DNA of 62,988 nt, counting the filler, from Perkinsus chesapeaki ATCC PRA-425 (taxonomy: Eukaryota; Protista; Perkinsozoa), in NCBI GenBank assembly GCA_013115145.1. It is 5 parts of 5 records of this genome, joined end to end, with 100 filler letters (N's around TTAATTAATTAA, not from the genome) between each part and the next. Parts side by side here need not be neighbours in the genome. Positions count along the whole stretch, not along the records: positions 20,054 to 36,482 come from JAAPAO010000707.1; positions 36,583 to 59,548 come from JAAPAO010000568.1; 3 more parts are not named here. The stretch is one strand, 5' to 3'. Below are positions 35,101-46,314 of the stretch, piece by piece. Numbering within the stretch: position 1 is the first letter of the stretch; each line of letters begins with the position of its first letter. The notes under the pieces are model-generated. The model saw only the letters and a program-made list of their open reading frames with translations. It made no database searches and was not told the origin of the DNA. The position numbers and the translations under genes were made by a program.

Positions 35101-36112
35101 TTGGCGGAATTATAACCCCGATAACCCCTGGATGAGGTGAGTTCTGAGCGTGCCCGATTTTGTATCTTACGGTTTCAAAGATTCCCAAAGATTCGGTATC
35201 TTAGGTCGAAACATGCACTCAACCTCAGCATAGGTAGAGTGCATTACAAAATGTGTGAGGCGATTTGTCCACCTTCCCTTCCTAACCCCGCGATTTTTTG
35301 TTAGTACGCATACTCTTGCCTTCTTGCACTCTTACGATAACTCAACAGTTCCTGTCAAGCCTTCGAAAATCTATCTCAGAGGCCTTCTTTGAAAGAAGTC
35401 CTTTCTATTCAATCAGCTACCGACAACGAGATAAGTATCCACAGTCCCCATCAGGCGGCCCACTATCCGCTGCGTTATCGCTCTCAATAAGACTCTAGAA
35501 GGCGTTTTGAGTCTCCCTGCATGGACGGTGTAGTTCAATCTCCGTCGGGCTGTTGAGTTTGCTAGTTTGGGGAAGTGAAACGGAACGATATACCGTGGAA
35601 CTAAACGAGGCTGGAGATGCTACATACATGTGTATGTGAAAGGAAAGGCATTGGTCCGGACTGAATGTGAGCTCCCGCGTATCTTCAAAGATACTCGCGA
35701 GGTTAAATGGATGAGCGCGTGGTCGACGGGATCATTCTGCCTGCACAATTGGTTCACCTAGCTCCTGCTGCCGATGTTGCCCATGCTGTACTCTTCGCAT
35801 AGCGAAGTAATATGCTTACTTCTTTCTACACAGTTAAAAGGGTTGTACTTTGGTTGTCGACAGAAGCTGTAGTGATATGAACATGCTCTCTTCTCATTGG
35901 GGACAGCATTGTGCCAAAGCTTATATGCAGCTAAATCTTTAAGGGCTTACCTGCAGTTGTGCTAAGGCGTAAACAAAAAACGAAATCTATGGCTCTTTTC
36001 TCTCGCTGGATGGAGCCTAGATGGTTTTGGGCATCGCGTGTGGTAGGAATTCCGTATTATTTTGAGGTGGAGGTGGAAGCTGTGTCTGTTTAGTTTTTTC
36101 GTCCACTGCTTT

Positions 36113-36482
36113 ATGTCCTCGTCGGAAACCCCAGCCAATCAGGTTATCGTCGTTGGTGGCGGCCTCGCAGGGTTTTCTGCTGCTAATAGTATTTTAGAGA
36201 ATGGTGGGAGCGTACTGCTCATTGATAAATCAGCATTCTGCGGTGGAAACTCTTCCAAGGCCACTTCTGGTATCAACGGCTCATGTACAAGAACTCAGCA
36301 AAAGCTCGGTGTTAAGGATTCCAACGAGTTGTTCGAGTTCGATTGCATGAAGGGTGGCTCCAAGAGTCCTGAGCTTATTAAGACCATGGTTGAGCATTCT
36401 GGCCCCTCGGTCAACTGGCTCATGGACAACTTTGATCTCGATCTTTCTCTTCTTGCTCGTATGGGTGGTCACTCTGTTGAGC
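36113..36482 (+). CDS. Soluble FAD-dependent fumarate reductase (Osm1/Frd1/flavocytochrome c type), N-terminal part truncated by gap
   Basis: MSSSETPANQ-VIVVGGGLAG (Rossmann GxGxxG), LIDK...GGNSSKATSGING, LARMGGHS. Confidence 0.85.
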
Positions 36483-36582
36483 NNNNNNNNNNNNNNNNNN
36501 NNNNNNNNNNNNNNNNNNNNNNNNNNTTAATTAATTAANNNNNNNNNNNNNNNNNNNNNNNNNNNNNNNNNNNNNNNNNNNN

Positions 36583-37496
36583 CCATCCATCCAGTTGGTC
36601 CTGTCATCGATGGCTCCACTTTGCCAGATGTGCCGCTGGCTCTTGTCCAAAAAGGTGACTTCAATAAAGTGCCACTAATTGTCGGTGGCAACAGAGATGA
36701 AGGAACGGCATACGCTTGGTACCTTCCGCGATTCATACAAGGAGCTCCGCCTTCTCCAACCGCTGACTTTTTCAACAGAAGTTTGGAATACTCGTTTCAG
36801 AATCGTTCACTCGCCAAAGAAGTCTCCAGCCTCTATCCCCTGGACGCATTTGAGCATCGCTTCCCGCTTGAGCCGTACTTCTCCCGCGCGGCTCGGATGA
36901 TGCGTGACAAAATCTTTTATTGTCCCAACTATGATCTGGCTAAAGCATTCCACGACTGGAACATTCCAGCATTTCTGTACTCGTGGAATGTTGATGACTT
37001 GTTCGGCGCTTTCGGTGGTGTTAACTTCATTCAAGGCAGTAATGTGACCGCCAAGCAAATGGGGTTCTTCCACTCTGCTGAGATTCCATTTGTCTTCAAG
37101 AAGTTCACTGACAAACCTCCGAGCTCCTTTGGACCTGAAATAGCTTTCGGTCATCCGCCCCGTACTCCTTATGACGCTTTTCATAATTTATCTGACTTCG
37201 TCACTTGTATGTGGTCCAACTTCATGTCGTCTGGTCGTCCTTTTACAGATGAACAGTCTTGTTTGATGGATGGAATAACGAAGGTCGACTGGCCGCCTTT
37301 CAACGATGAGCTCAACTATCTCCATATTGGATTCGAGCCGCAGCTGTCAAGTATCTTTGATGCACAAGAGTACCCCAATGATGACTTCACTAAAATGGGT
37401 ACGTGCCGAGCCCTGAAACAATATCCAATCCTGTTCAGGGATGGGCGTATTGCTGTATTCGGACTTAAGAATTATGTTCCGCCCGAGTCCCAGTGA
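36583..37496 (+). CDS. Type-B carboxylesterase, C-terminal half (copy 1, 5' end in gap)
   Basis: GGNRDEG (catalytic Glu region) and FFHSAEIPFVF (catalytic His); near-identical to copy 2. Confidence 0.85.
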
Positions 37497-38538
37497 AACG
37501 GTTAGCATTTCTTAATAAGTGATTCTTATACTATTCATATCCTCATCCACACTTTAGCTTTCATGCGCCTATAATGCGCTAGTCACATGCAGTATTCTCA
37601 CGGGCCTTCTAAATTGCTATGGCTGATCTTCGGCATTGGTTTTCTAACGTCCCTCTCAGCCGTTCTGAGTTTTAGTTGAATGAGTAAGTGGAAATGAACC
37701 AGAAAGCCTGCCTACTCTCAGTTGCTCTTCCGAGGGTGCGTTTGTGAAGCGCCGGTGTGAGGCGAGTGCTGTTCAGATCATAATTTTAACAGCGTGGCGG
37801 CATCCCCGGCCTGGAGACTTCAGGCTAAAGCAAGTTGCTATACGGACAGCCGAATCGCTGTAGGGGAGATCTTTAATAAGGATTTCTTGTATCTAATTGA
37901 ATAAAATACCATCGAAGCGGATATTGCGGTAATTATTCTCGCTTTCCTTACCGTTACTATGTTTGGTGGCTTAATTTCTATAGCGGCTTGCGTCAGATGG
38001 GGAAACTATAAAGTGAGAAAGGCTCACTTGGTATCTGTGTCCATTGAGGCCATATCCAAGAGGCAGCCCACTGTGGGACAATCGGCCAGAACTATGAACT
38101 AACCTTGTCAATACTCTACGGTCTTGTGGGCAAGCTAGCTGTACACTATCGCCATGCTGCGAAATAAGATTACCCAAGCCCGGTATCCAAGATAATGAAA
38201 ACAAGATAAATATACAGCTAGTATTAATCCTGGTTAGTCCCAGGAAGGGCTGCTCACCGTGAAGAAGGGGATATTTCCTTATATGATACCAATCTCACCG
38301 TCGGTGAGTCACCGACTGAGTTATCTTAGACCGAGAGCCGAACAGGACGGCTTAGAAGATAGAGTCGGTCACGAATCATTATTTACGCTGTCCCATTTCC
38401 TCTATCGCCATCTGTATGCTACAGACTGTAGCTAGTTGTCGAGTTGGTCGGGAGGTCGAGAACTGGAGAGGCGAATACCAATCACATTTCAAATAGGTAT
38501 CGACACGTCTTTGGGACTATTCTCAGCTTTGTTCTGTG

Positions 38539-40433
38539 ATGCCCACTATCGTGGATCTTCTTGGCGCTGAATCTGAGGATACTGAAACTTTGTCCCCACT
38601 GGAGCAGAAGCGAACAGCTTCTAAAACATTGGCATGGAAATCGGAGAAGGACTTTTGGGGAAGTCCCGGCAGCGAAGGAAATATTAGCCAGCAGACGACT
38701 GGTAAGGGGAATAGGAATGAATAGGCTACATGAGTCCCTGCCGGTCTTTACGCTCCTATATTGAGGCTCCTGCTCGCGCCCCGAGGCTCGCTCCTCTCGA
38801 TCCTTTCTTCCACCAATTGGTTCGCTCAGGTGATACCGAATCTGTTACGGACGGTCAAGATGGCAGAGATACTGATTCACAGACAGGCCAATCTAGCAAA
38901 GGTGAGTGGGTCTTCAGTTGACCGCTTCTGGAAGAGGCATACGGGTATCTAGTTCTGCTTCAAGCAAGCTATTCCATGAATCTTCTTTACCATCGGTGAC
39001 AGCGGATTTGTTTACTGGATTCTCATAGATTTATTTTTTGTCGGTCAGGTAGTCGCGGTAGTCTGGTGCATCAGCAAGCTGCCAGCAACAGGCAACATCA
39101 TCATCTTGTATCATTCGCAATCTCGAACGATAGCACCTTGCCTGTAATGGAGCCTGCAGAAGATCTTCCTGTAGTGGAGGCGCTGCGGGATAAGGTGATT
39201 ATTTCTGTCCTTCAACCCTTCGTCAAAAGGACTTCTCAGGCCACGCCGATACCTCGAAGCCGAGCTGTCTCGTTAGGAAGCACTGACACCTCTACATTGA
39301 ACGTTCATGCCCATTTCCGAAGAGGGCGGCGAGCTAGCGAAGGAGCTTATAGTGTGTCAGCACAAAAGTCGCTGCGATGGTGTTTGCTTAACTGTGATGA
39401 CCAGGAGCCGACCGGTTTTGAAGAGTCTCCGTCAAAAACCTTTGCAGAGGCGAGTGGTACCCCTGATGAAACGCGCATTCCGGACAAACAGGCTTCGCGG
39501 GACCCTGAGGGATCTCACTGCGCGGAGCGATGGTGTGCGGACAGTCTTGAGGAGGAGATCAAAATGGTCGTGGCACTAGTGGAAGAGTCACCTAGTTCAG
39601 CAAGCATCAGTGATGCTACCCTTCATAAGGACTGCTCGGTTCAGTCTGATAAGAGATTGGCGACCGAAGGTGGCTCATTAACTTGTGGCAGCTCTACGGA
39701 CTCTCCAACATCATCTCCGCCTTCGTCTGGCGAGGCTCCTACCCGCCTGCTGGCCACCAGCCCGGAGACGTCGGTTATTGTGCGGCGAACACCGATGCTT
39801 GAAGCCCCGAGTGAGGCAGTTCGAGAAGTCGCACCTACTGTCGAAGATGATGTTAGTTGTGATATCGCGGAAGATGAAGCTTCGAAGCCTGAGCTCAGTC
39901 CCGCAAACGCTCTTCCTATTACACATCACGACACCAAGCCTTTCCAGAGTATCTTCGCTGCTCATCAGCCGTCGGGTGATTATTGTGGACATGCCCCACA
40001 GCAAGCATGCGTTAGAACTGCTTCAGTTGACGCTCCTATGCAAAAGCTCTCCACCTCAGTGAAGAGTTCGCGGCTTTCAGGCAGCTCGGTGAGTGCATCA
40101 TCGAGGCCGTTGAGTCCTCTGCAGACTGAGACCTATTCTAGCTTGCTGGACTGTGCGGCTGTAGAACCCGAGACGACGAGCGACAGTGCCGGCCCCTCAT
40201 GTGATCTTTCAATTCGTCGTCATACGCAAAAGGCCGGAACCGAAGCAGTTGTGGATCAGAAAGATTCGATGTCAGCTGTGAGCTCAGATCACTCAGACGA
40301 TTCGGAGTGGGAATCCGTCAAGTCTCGAACGAGGCTGAGGCTTCTGCGAGCCATTCAGATGATCTTGGGGGTCTTGGCCCTCCAAGTGCTCGCCAACCTT
40401 CTGCTGTATATTGACCCACCGGATCTACGTTAA
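38539..40433 (+). CDS. Ser/Pro-rich, probably disordered protein with C-terminal TM segment, multi-exon
   Basis: Exons from MPTIVDLLGAE with GTAAG/GTGAG donors. The long final ORF ends ILGVLALQVLANLLLYIDPPDLR. Confidence 0.55.
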
Positions 40434-40888
40434 GAATTCATGTTACTTTGGTGTCCATTAGTTACCTCATCAACGTGTGTTGGTGATTCTGTTGCATGTG
40501 TGAGAATTTCTATGTATCCTTCTGGTTTTGCGCAGTTATCAATACTCACTCGTATGGATAGGAGGCTTCAATTTCCCCCAACTATAGTATACTGAAGCGC
40601 CGTTTCCCGGTCTTCCTGAAACCAGCGACAGCTTAAAACACTATTGTTCATGCGTGCACAGCTCAATCTTCTTGTGAAAGTGGGCTCGGCAGGAAGATTC
40701 TTCGGCGGATCCTTCTTAGAAGAAGCCACTGTTGAATTCTTATTACCGAATTGTGAGTGATGTCTAAGAGGATGGGTGGGTGGAGTTGACTAATAGAATT
40801 CACAGCTCGCAGATAGGCTGCAATCGACTGCCAGATTTTTTACGATTATGCTTGACGTGGTGTAACAGTTACATTTGTTCTCAGAGCT

Positions 40889-42802
40889 ATGACGGCCTTA
40901 CGCGCTTGTGTTGGCTTTATGGCCTTAACCGTGATGCTGTTCAGCGGTTGTGGAAGCAACCCTGGCCCAACCGGGACAACTACATCTCCAGCTAGCACGT
41001 CAACCTTACCACCCTCTTCTTCCCCTCCTACACAAGCTCCGCCATCGGGGACGGTGCTCACCCAGAATGGACCAGTGGAAGGTATCGTTCACCGCAAGAG
41101 TCTTATGGCAGCCCAGCCTCGCCCGAGAGATGTGGCGGCATTCTATGGTATCCCTTTTGCAGCCCCACCAGTAGGAGACCTCCGTTTCCGTCCTCCACAG
41201 CCCCTCAACGAAACTTGGTCAGAGCCCCGTCTCATGAACGAAACTGGCTTCAGCTGCGCGGATAGGGAGGACTGCCTCTATCTCGACCTATTCGCCCCGA
41301 ATGACGCTACTAACAGTAATGCCTCGTTGCCTGTGTTTTTATGGGTACACGGCGGAGGTTTCGCTTTTGGTGTTCCAGAAAATGGCACAGCATTGGCATC
41401 GGTTCACAACATCATTGTTGTCTCCATTCGGTATCGACTCGGTCATTTCGGATTCTTCGCATCTCCTGCGTCGCTTTCCCAGGAAGGCACTACTGGCAAC
41501 TGGGGAACTCTTGACCAGCAGTTTGCAATGAAATGGGTTCAAGCGAACATCGCTGCATTTGGTGGTGATCCTGATAAGGTTACCCTTGCCGGACAATCAG
41601 CAGGTGCTTTCAGTGTCATGTGGCATCTCGTGGCTCCAGGGAGTGCTGGTCTCTTCCATCGAGCCATTATGGAATCCGGCACGGCTGAAACTCCCATCTT
41701 CTTTCAAAGTCCTAACGACTCCTATTCGTATCACTCGTGGGTGGCAACCAGGCTATGTGGGTGCAACAGCTCCGATGACCTGGAGTGTCTTCGTAAGGTT
41801 AACGCATCTGCTTTAAGACTATCCGGTCAGTGGAGTACGAACGGCACGTTAAGAGCCACTTTAGGCCCGCCGTGGGCGTCAATACTATTTCCCATACATC
41901 CGGTTGGTCCTGTCATCGATGCCTCCACTTTGCCAGGTGTGCCACTGGCTCTTGTCCAAAAAGGTGACTTCAATAAAGTGCCGCTAATTGTCGGTGGCAA
42001 CAAAGATGAAGGAACGGCATACGCTTGGTACCTTCCTGGTTATATACAAGGAGCTCCGCCTTCTCCAACCGCTGACTTCTTCAACAGAAGTTTGGAATAC
42101 GCATTTCAGAATCGTTCACTTGCCAAAGAAGTCGCCAGCCTTTATCCCCTGGAAGCATTTGAGCAACGCTTTCCGCTTGAGCCGTACTTCTCCCGCGCGG
42201 CTCGGATGATGCGTGACAAAATCTTTTATTGTCCCAACTATGATCTGGCTAAAGCATTCCACGACTGGAACATTCCAGCATTTCTGTACTCGTGGAATGT
42301 TGATGACTTGTTCGGCGCTTTCGGTGGTGTTAACTTCATTCAAGGCAGTAATGTGACCGCCAAGCAAATGGGGTTCTTCCACTCTGCTGAGATTCCCTTT
42401 GTCTTCAAGAAGTTCACTGACAAACCTCCGAGCTCTTTGGGACCTGAAATAGCTTTCGGTCATCCGCCCCGCACCCCCCATGACGCTTTTCATAATTTAT
42501 CTGACTTCGTCACTTGTATGTGGTCCAACTTCATGTCGTCTGGTCGTCCTTTTACAGATGAACGGTCTTGTTTGATGGATGGAATAACGAAGGTGGACTG
42601 GCCGCCTTTCAACGATGAGCTCAACTATCTCCATATTGGATTCGAGCCGCAGCTGTCAAGTATCTTTGATGCTCAAGAGTACCCCAATGATGACTTTACT
42701 ACACTTGAGAGATGCGACATTCTGAGGCAGCATCGAATTCTGTTCAGGGATGGACGAATAGCTGTGTTTGGACTTGAAGGCTACGTCCCTCCTGTCGTCT
42801 AA
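40889..42802 (+). CDS. Type-B carboxylesterase (copy 2, intact, 637 aa)
   Basis: Signal peptide + LFSGC + Thr/Pro linker; FYGIPFAAPPVGDLRF, EDCLYL, HGGGF, GQSAG nucleophile, NKDEG, HSAEI. Confidence 0.92.
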   Translation: MTALRACVGFMALTVMLFSGCGSNPGPTGTTTSPASTSTLPPSSSPPTQAPPSGTVLTQNGPVEGIVHRKSLMAAQPRPRDVAAFYGIPFAAPPVGDLRFRPPQPLNETWSEPRLMNETGFSCADREDCLYLDLFAPNDATNSNASLPVFLWVHGGGFAFGVPENGTALASVHNIIVVSIRYRLGHFGFFASPASLSQEGTTGNWGTLDQQFAMKWVQANIAAFGGDPDKVTLAGQSAGAFSVMWHLVAPGSAGLFHRAIMESGTAETPIFFQSPNDSYSYHSWVATRLCGCNSSDDLECLRKVNASALRLSGQWSTNGTLRATLGPPWASILFPIHPVGPVIDASTLPGVPLALVQKGDFNKVPLIVGGNKDEGTAYAWYLPGYIQGAPPSPTADFFNRSLEYAFQNRSLAKEVASLYPLEAFEQRFPLEPYFSRAARMMRDKIFYCPNYDLAKAFHDWNIPAFLYSWNVDDLFGAFGGVNFIQGSNVTAKQMGFFHSAEIPFVFKKFTDKPPSSLGPEIAFGHPPRTPHDAFHNLSDFVTCMWSNFMSSGRPFTDERSCLMDGITKVDWPPFNDELNYLHIGFEPQLSSIFDAQEYPNDDFTTLERCDILRQHRILFRDGRIAVFGLEGYVPPVV

Positions 42803-43825
42803 GCTATGTACTTCTTCGTCTTAGCTCACGAGACCTCGAACCTCTTGTATCGTCTGCTCTTCATATTCCGCCTTTGCTGCGGGTCGACGCCTCTTACATT
42901 CTACTTATTGCAATCGACTTTCTCTAAGATAAGGCCTTGTCGTAAAGATACGGTTGTCGGTCATTATCGTCTTGTTCAAGAAGGCTGAACAACTTGGCCT
43001 TGTGTTTGGCGGGAGTATCAGCATATTTTCCAGATTTCGTCTCGCGGTTTGGACCAGAATAGATCAACTTGACTATGTCTGTATGAAAACTTCACAAAGT
43101 TGCAGCGGCAGTTAGTTACTAGATCTTACTCAGTCGTATATGAGTTGTTTAGCATGTCCTGAGGAATGTAAAGCGTTAGAAACCATTGAATGAATGTCAC
43201 TGAAATAGGCTTATGTGGTTGTCCAGTCCTAACACCTGCTTCTGGGCGACAGACCATACTGCATCCTGCCAAATGGTTTTTTCCGTCTATATGGGCTCAT
43301 CCGTGGTTCAAGCTCGGACGGATATGTTCACATATTTCTAGAAGCCTAGTGTCGAACTTTCAAGCCCTGGTTGATGAGTACTGCCACTCACTTAGTAAAA
43401 AGCTGCCAAATGGAAACATAATACACAGCTCAATTTGGACGTCGGAAGCCAAGTTTTTAATACTAGTAAAAACTAAACTAAATGCTAAACTAATGTGGAC
43501 GACAATTCTCGAGAAAATGCGATATTGTGTTATTATTTTGCATGCTGTAGGTATCAGAGGCTTCAACTCGCTGTCAAGTGACAAATGATAACAACAGGAT
43601 TTTGCTTCTCATCACCATTTGTTAGCTGACCAATACTTGGTCATCGCTTGTGCTACGAAGTCCTTCTAGGCAGTCTTGAAGATGCCTGTCTTATACATGT
43701 GAGATGACTCATTTCTGAATCTCCTTTCAAACTGGTAACGCTTGGTGCAGTCAGCTTTGAATGGGGTCTTTGTTGTGTTTTGCTCTCTTGAAGTATTTCG
43801 AATGTGAATCCCGTCCGACCTCAGG

Positions 43826-44500
43826 CGGCAGGCTGCTGCTGCCAGCAAGACGTCTCTGCGTGTTGGCCTTCAGCAGCAACCTTCAGGCAGACCCAGCTGC
43901 CGGGAGTGTCTAGTCAATGGCAAGGTGCCAGTCACGGTTGGCGAGGTCTTGCGACTCAGGTGAATCCTCTCTATCCTCCTTATTTGTCACTCTTCCAAGT
44001 TGACAGTTCACGGTATGTTACTTTTTCAGATGCAGTGCACGGACCTCTGTACAACATCTAGCGCCGAGCAGACCAGAGCGTGCTCCGAGTACAGGTAAAG
44101 TCTAGCAGCGGGCTCAGCTTTGAAGTTTTTGGTGTCCAATCATTGGACAACATTGGACTCCAATGTAGCCTGCGGCCGATAGCAATAGCTCCGAAGAGGA
44201 GACTTACTTAGTACCCGATGCTGACATCTTTGGCCTTAGCATGCACCCAAGGGTCCACGAGCGACAGAGAGTAACCGACACATGAAACTCGAATATACCT
44301 GGCAACCCCGTGTGTACACAATTGGCACTGCGCTCAGACCGGACCCGTTCAGATCCTTCCAACACTCGCAGCTCTTGAGGAGCTGCTCGAGCCAACAGCT
44401 GCTATTTGGGTTGACATCAATGATTAGCCAGCCATGGCTGAAGTCCAGACGCGATCAAGAATACCCAAAAAGGGTTGATATCACTGGAAGTCCTAAACTA
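43826..44500 (+). pseudogene. Degenerate duplicate of the 5' exons of the family A polymerase gene
   Basis: Collinear with about 49330-49990. Reads LAALEELLEPTAAIWVDIND-TAG (44425-44427) where the intact copy has AAG. Confidence 0.65.
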
Positions 44501-46314
44501 GTCCTTGCATAGGCCATCGCGGTGGAGGACCACAGACTCTCAGTCGCGTCCTTCCAGTCGTAGACATTAAGGGGGTGTGCGTCCCCGCTGCCCTCCATTT
44601 TGTCTCCAGAAGGGTTTATGATCCAAGGTTTAAGCGAAACAGCGAAAGTCTAGCAATGCGAGCATGGTCTTGAGCAGTAACTTTGGGGCACATCCAGTTG
44701 GTAGGAGACTCCTTGCAGGTATCTAGTCAATGATTATCATTGAATGATAGAGTGAAAGTCACGGTTGGCGAGGTTCTGTGACTCGGGTGATACCACCGTA
44801 GGATTCCTTTTCTTCACAGATTGTGAGTCGCAGGTGGGCGGCTGGCGTCCTAGTGACTCTTCGCCGAAGAGTCTTCGAGAGATGCTTCATGCACCTCTGT
44901 GGAACGCCTACAACCGGGCGTATGGGCGAGAGCGTCTTTCGGAAGTGAAGATAACTTCTGGCCGCGTGGGGGTTCTCTCTTCGCATTATAAGGGGTCCCG
45001 ATCGAGAGCATTCGTAGTATCATACTACTAGTATGCGGTACTGGTTCGAGGCCAAAACAATCCTTTAGGAGTCCAAAAGCAATTGTAGTCCATGCAGTCC
45101 AAGACGTCCATTCCTGGTGAACGGCAGTGCCGTTAGGGCACCCACGTTTTCTTAAAGCTCATTCGGCTGCCATTTCTCACTGAAAGCTCCAACGACACCG
45201 CGAGCAGAAAGTAGGATGCGACCTAGTTGGGAGAATCATAGCTGGGTTACCTATCTTCTTGCAGCGAGTGGTAGTGATAGCATTCACACTATTGTTAGAA
45301 GCTAACACTCCAGCCTCGTGCACGACTTCGCATTTTGTAGGACGCGTGGTAACTTCCGAACAGCCTCATACTGAGTTTCTGGAGCACTTCGAGTAATGGT
45401 AGGATTTTAGGCACTCTTAAGGTGTGACGCCCGCGTAGCTATCACACAGTGTGATTCACACTGCGCGTCTTTTGACTTTTAGATAAGCGTAGTTCACGAT
45501 AAGCCCTTAGCGATTCTCCCTCTCTTGGCGATCAAAATCCGATCATGTGCCTACCCAGTGTTAGTGTCTATAAGCTGTCAACTTTTAGGGCACTAAGAGT
45601 TCTCGCGATCATCCAAAACTCGGTGGGACGTGGCTTGCGTTGGAATCTTCCGAGTTGAGTGGGAATATAACTGACATAAACATCTTTATTTGCAACTGGA
45701 ACCTTCAACCTGCACTTGTCAACAGTTATTCAACTATGATGCCTTGTATTTCCTCAACCATTCTTTTTGCTTTGGCTGTCGGGCGCGCCCCGCTCTAACC
45801 GCCGACAGGCCTTGTCCCCCCCGTCCCCTTCTACTGTTGCACTGCACGACACTGCGTGTTCTTTCAGACACGGTAGGCGGACTGCCCACGCTTCAATCCC
45901 TATTATTATCGACTCTTCGCGTGGATCGACGAACCCAATCTCCCCTTTTACTGCTAGGCAAATCGCTGTCTCTCAAGAGACTTGGAGTATTCTCCCGGTG
46001 ACGCGGGTATGAAGTGTCGCCCTTTTTATCAGAGAACTGATGACCGGCCCCGCATCCTAGCTCGTGATAGCTGAGGGGCGATGGGAGACTCCGCGTCCTA
46101 ACTCCCATCTCTGTTGAGGCACAGTCGGGTTTTGAATATGCTTACGCAGCGACCAAGTTAGCCCAACTTCCCTTGTGAGAGTGATCCTGACTGGAAGAAG
46201 ACTTTGAAAATTTCAAGTTGAAATGATCGCCCAATCCTCTTCGAACTTTGGCCTATGCTAGTACCTTGTGGTAGACCAGTTCCATTTATCTTTTCAAAGG
46301 ACCTTTTTGAAGCT

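Noticed and set aside
36062-37496. Fumarate reductase-esterase fusion
   Set aside because: The two parts are separated by an assembly linker and belong to different contigs.
41301-42493. Short ORFs repeated around each esterase (e.g. MTLLTVMPR, MKSVMGG)
   Set aside because: Alternative-frame and antisense shadows that recur only because the gene is duplicated.
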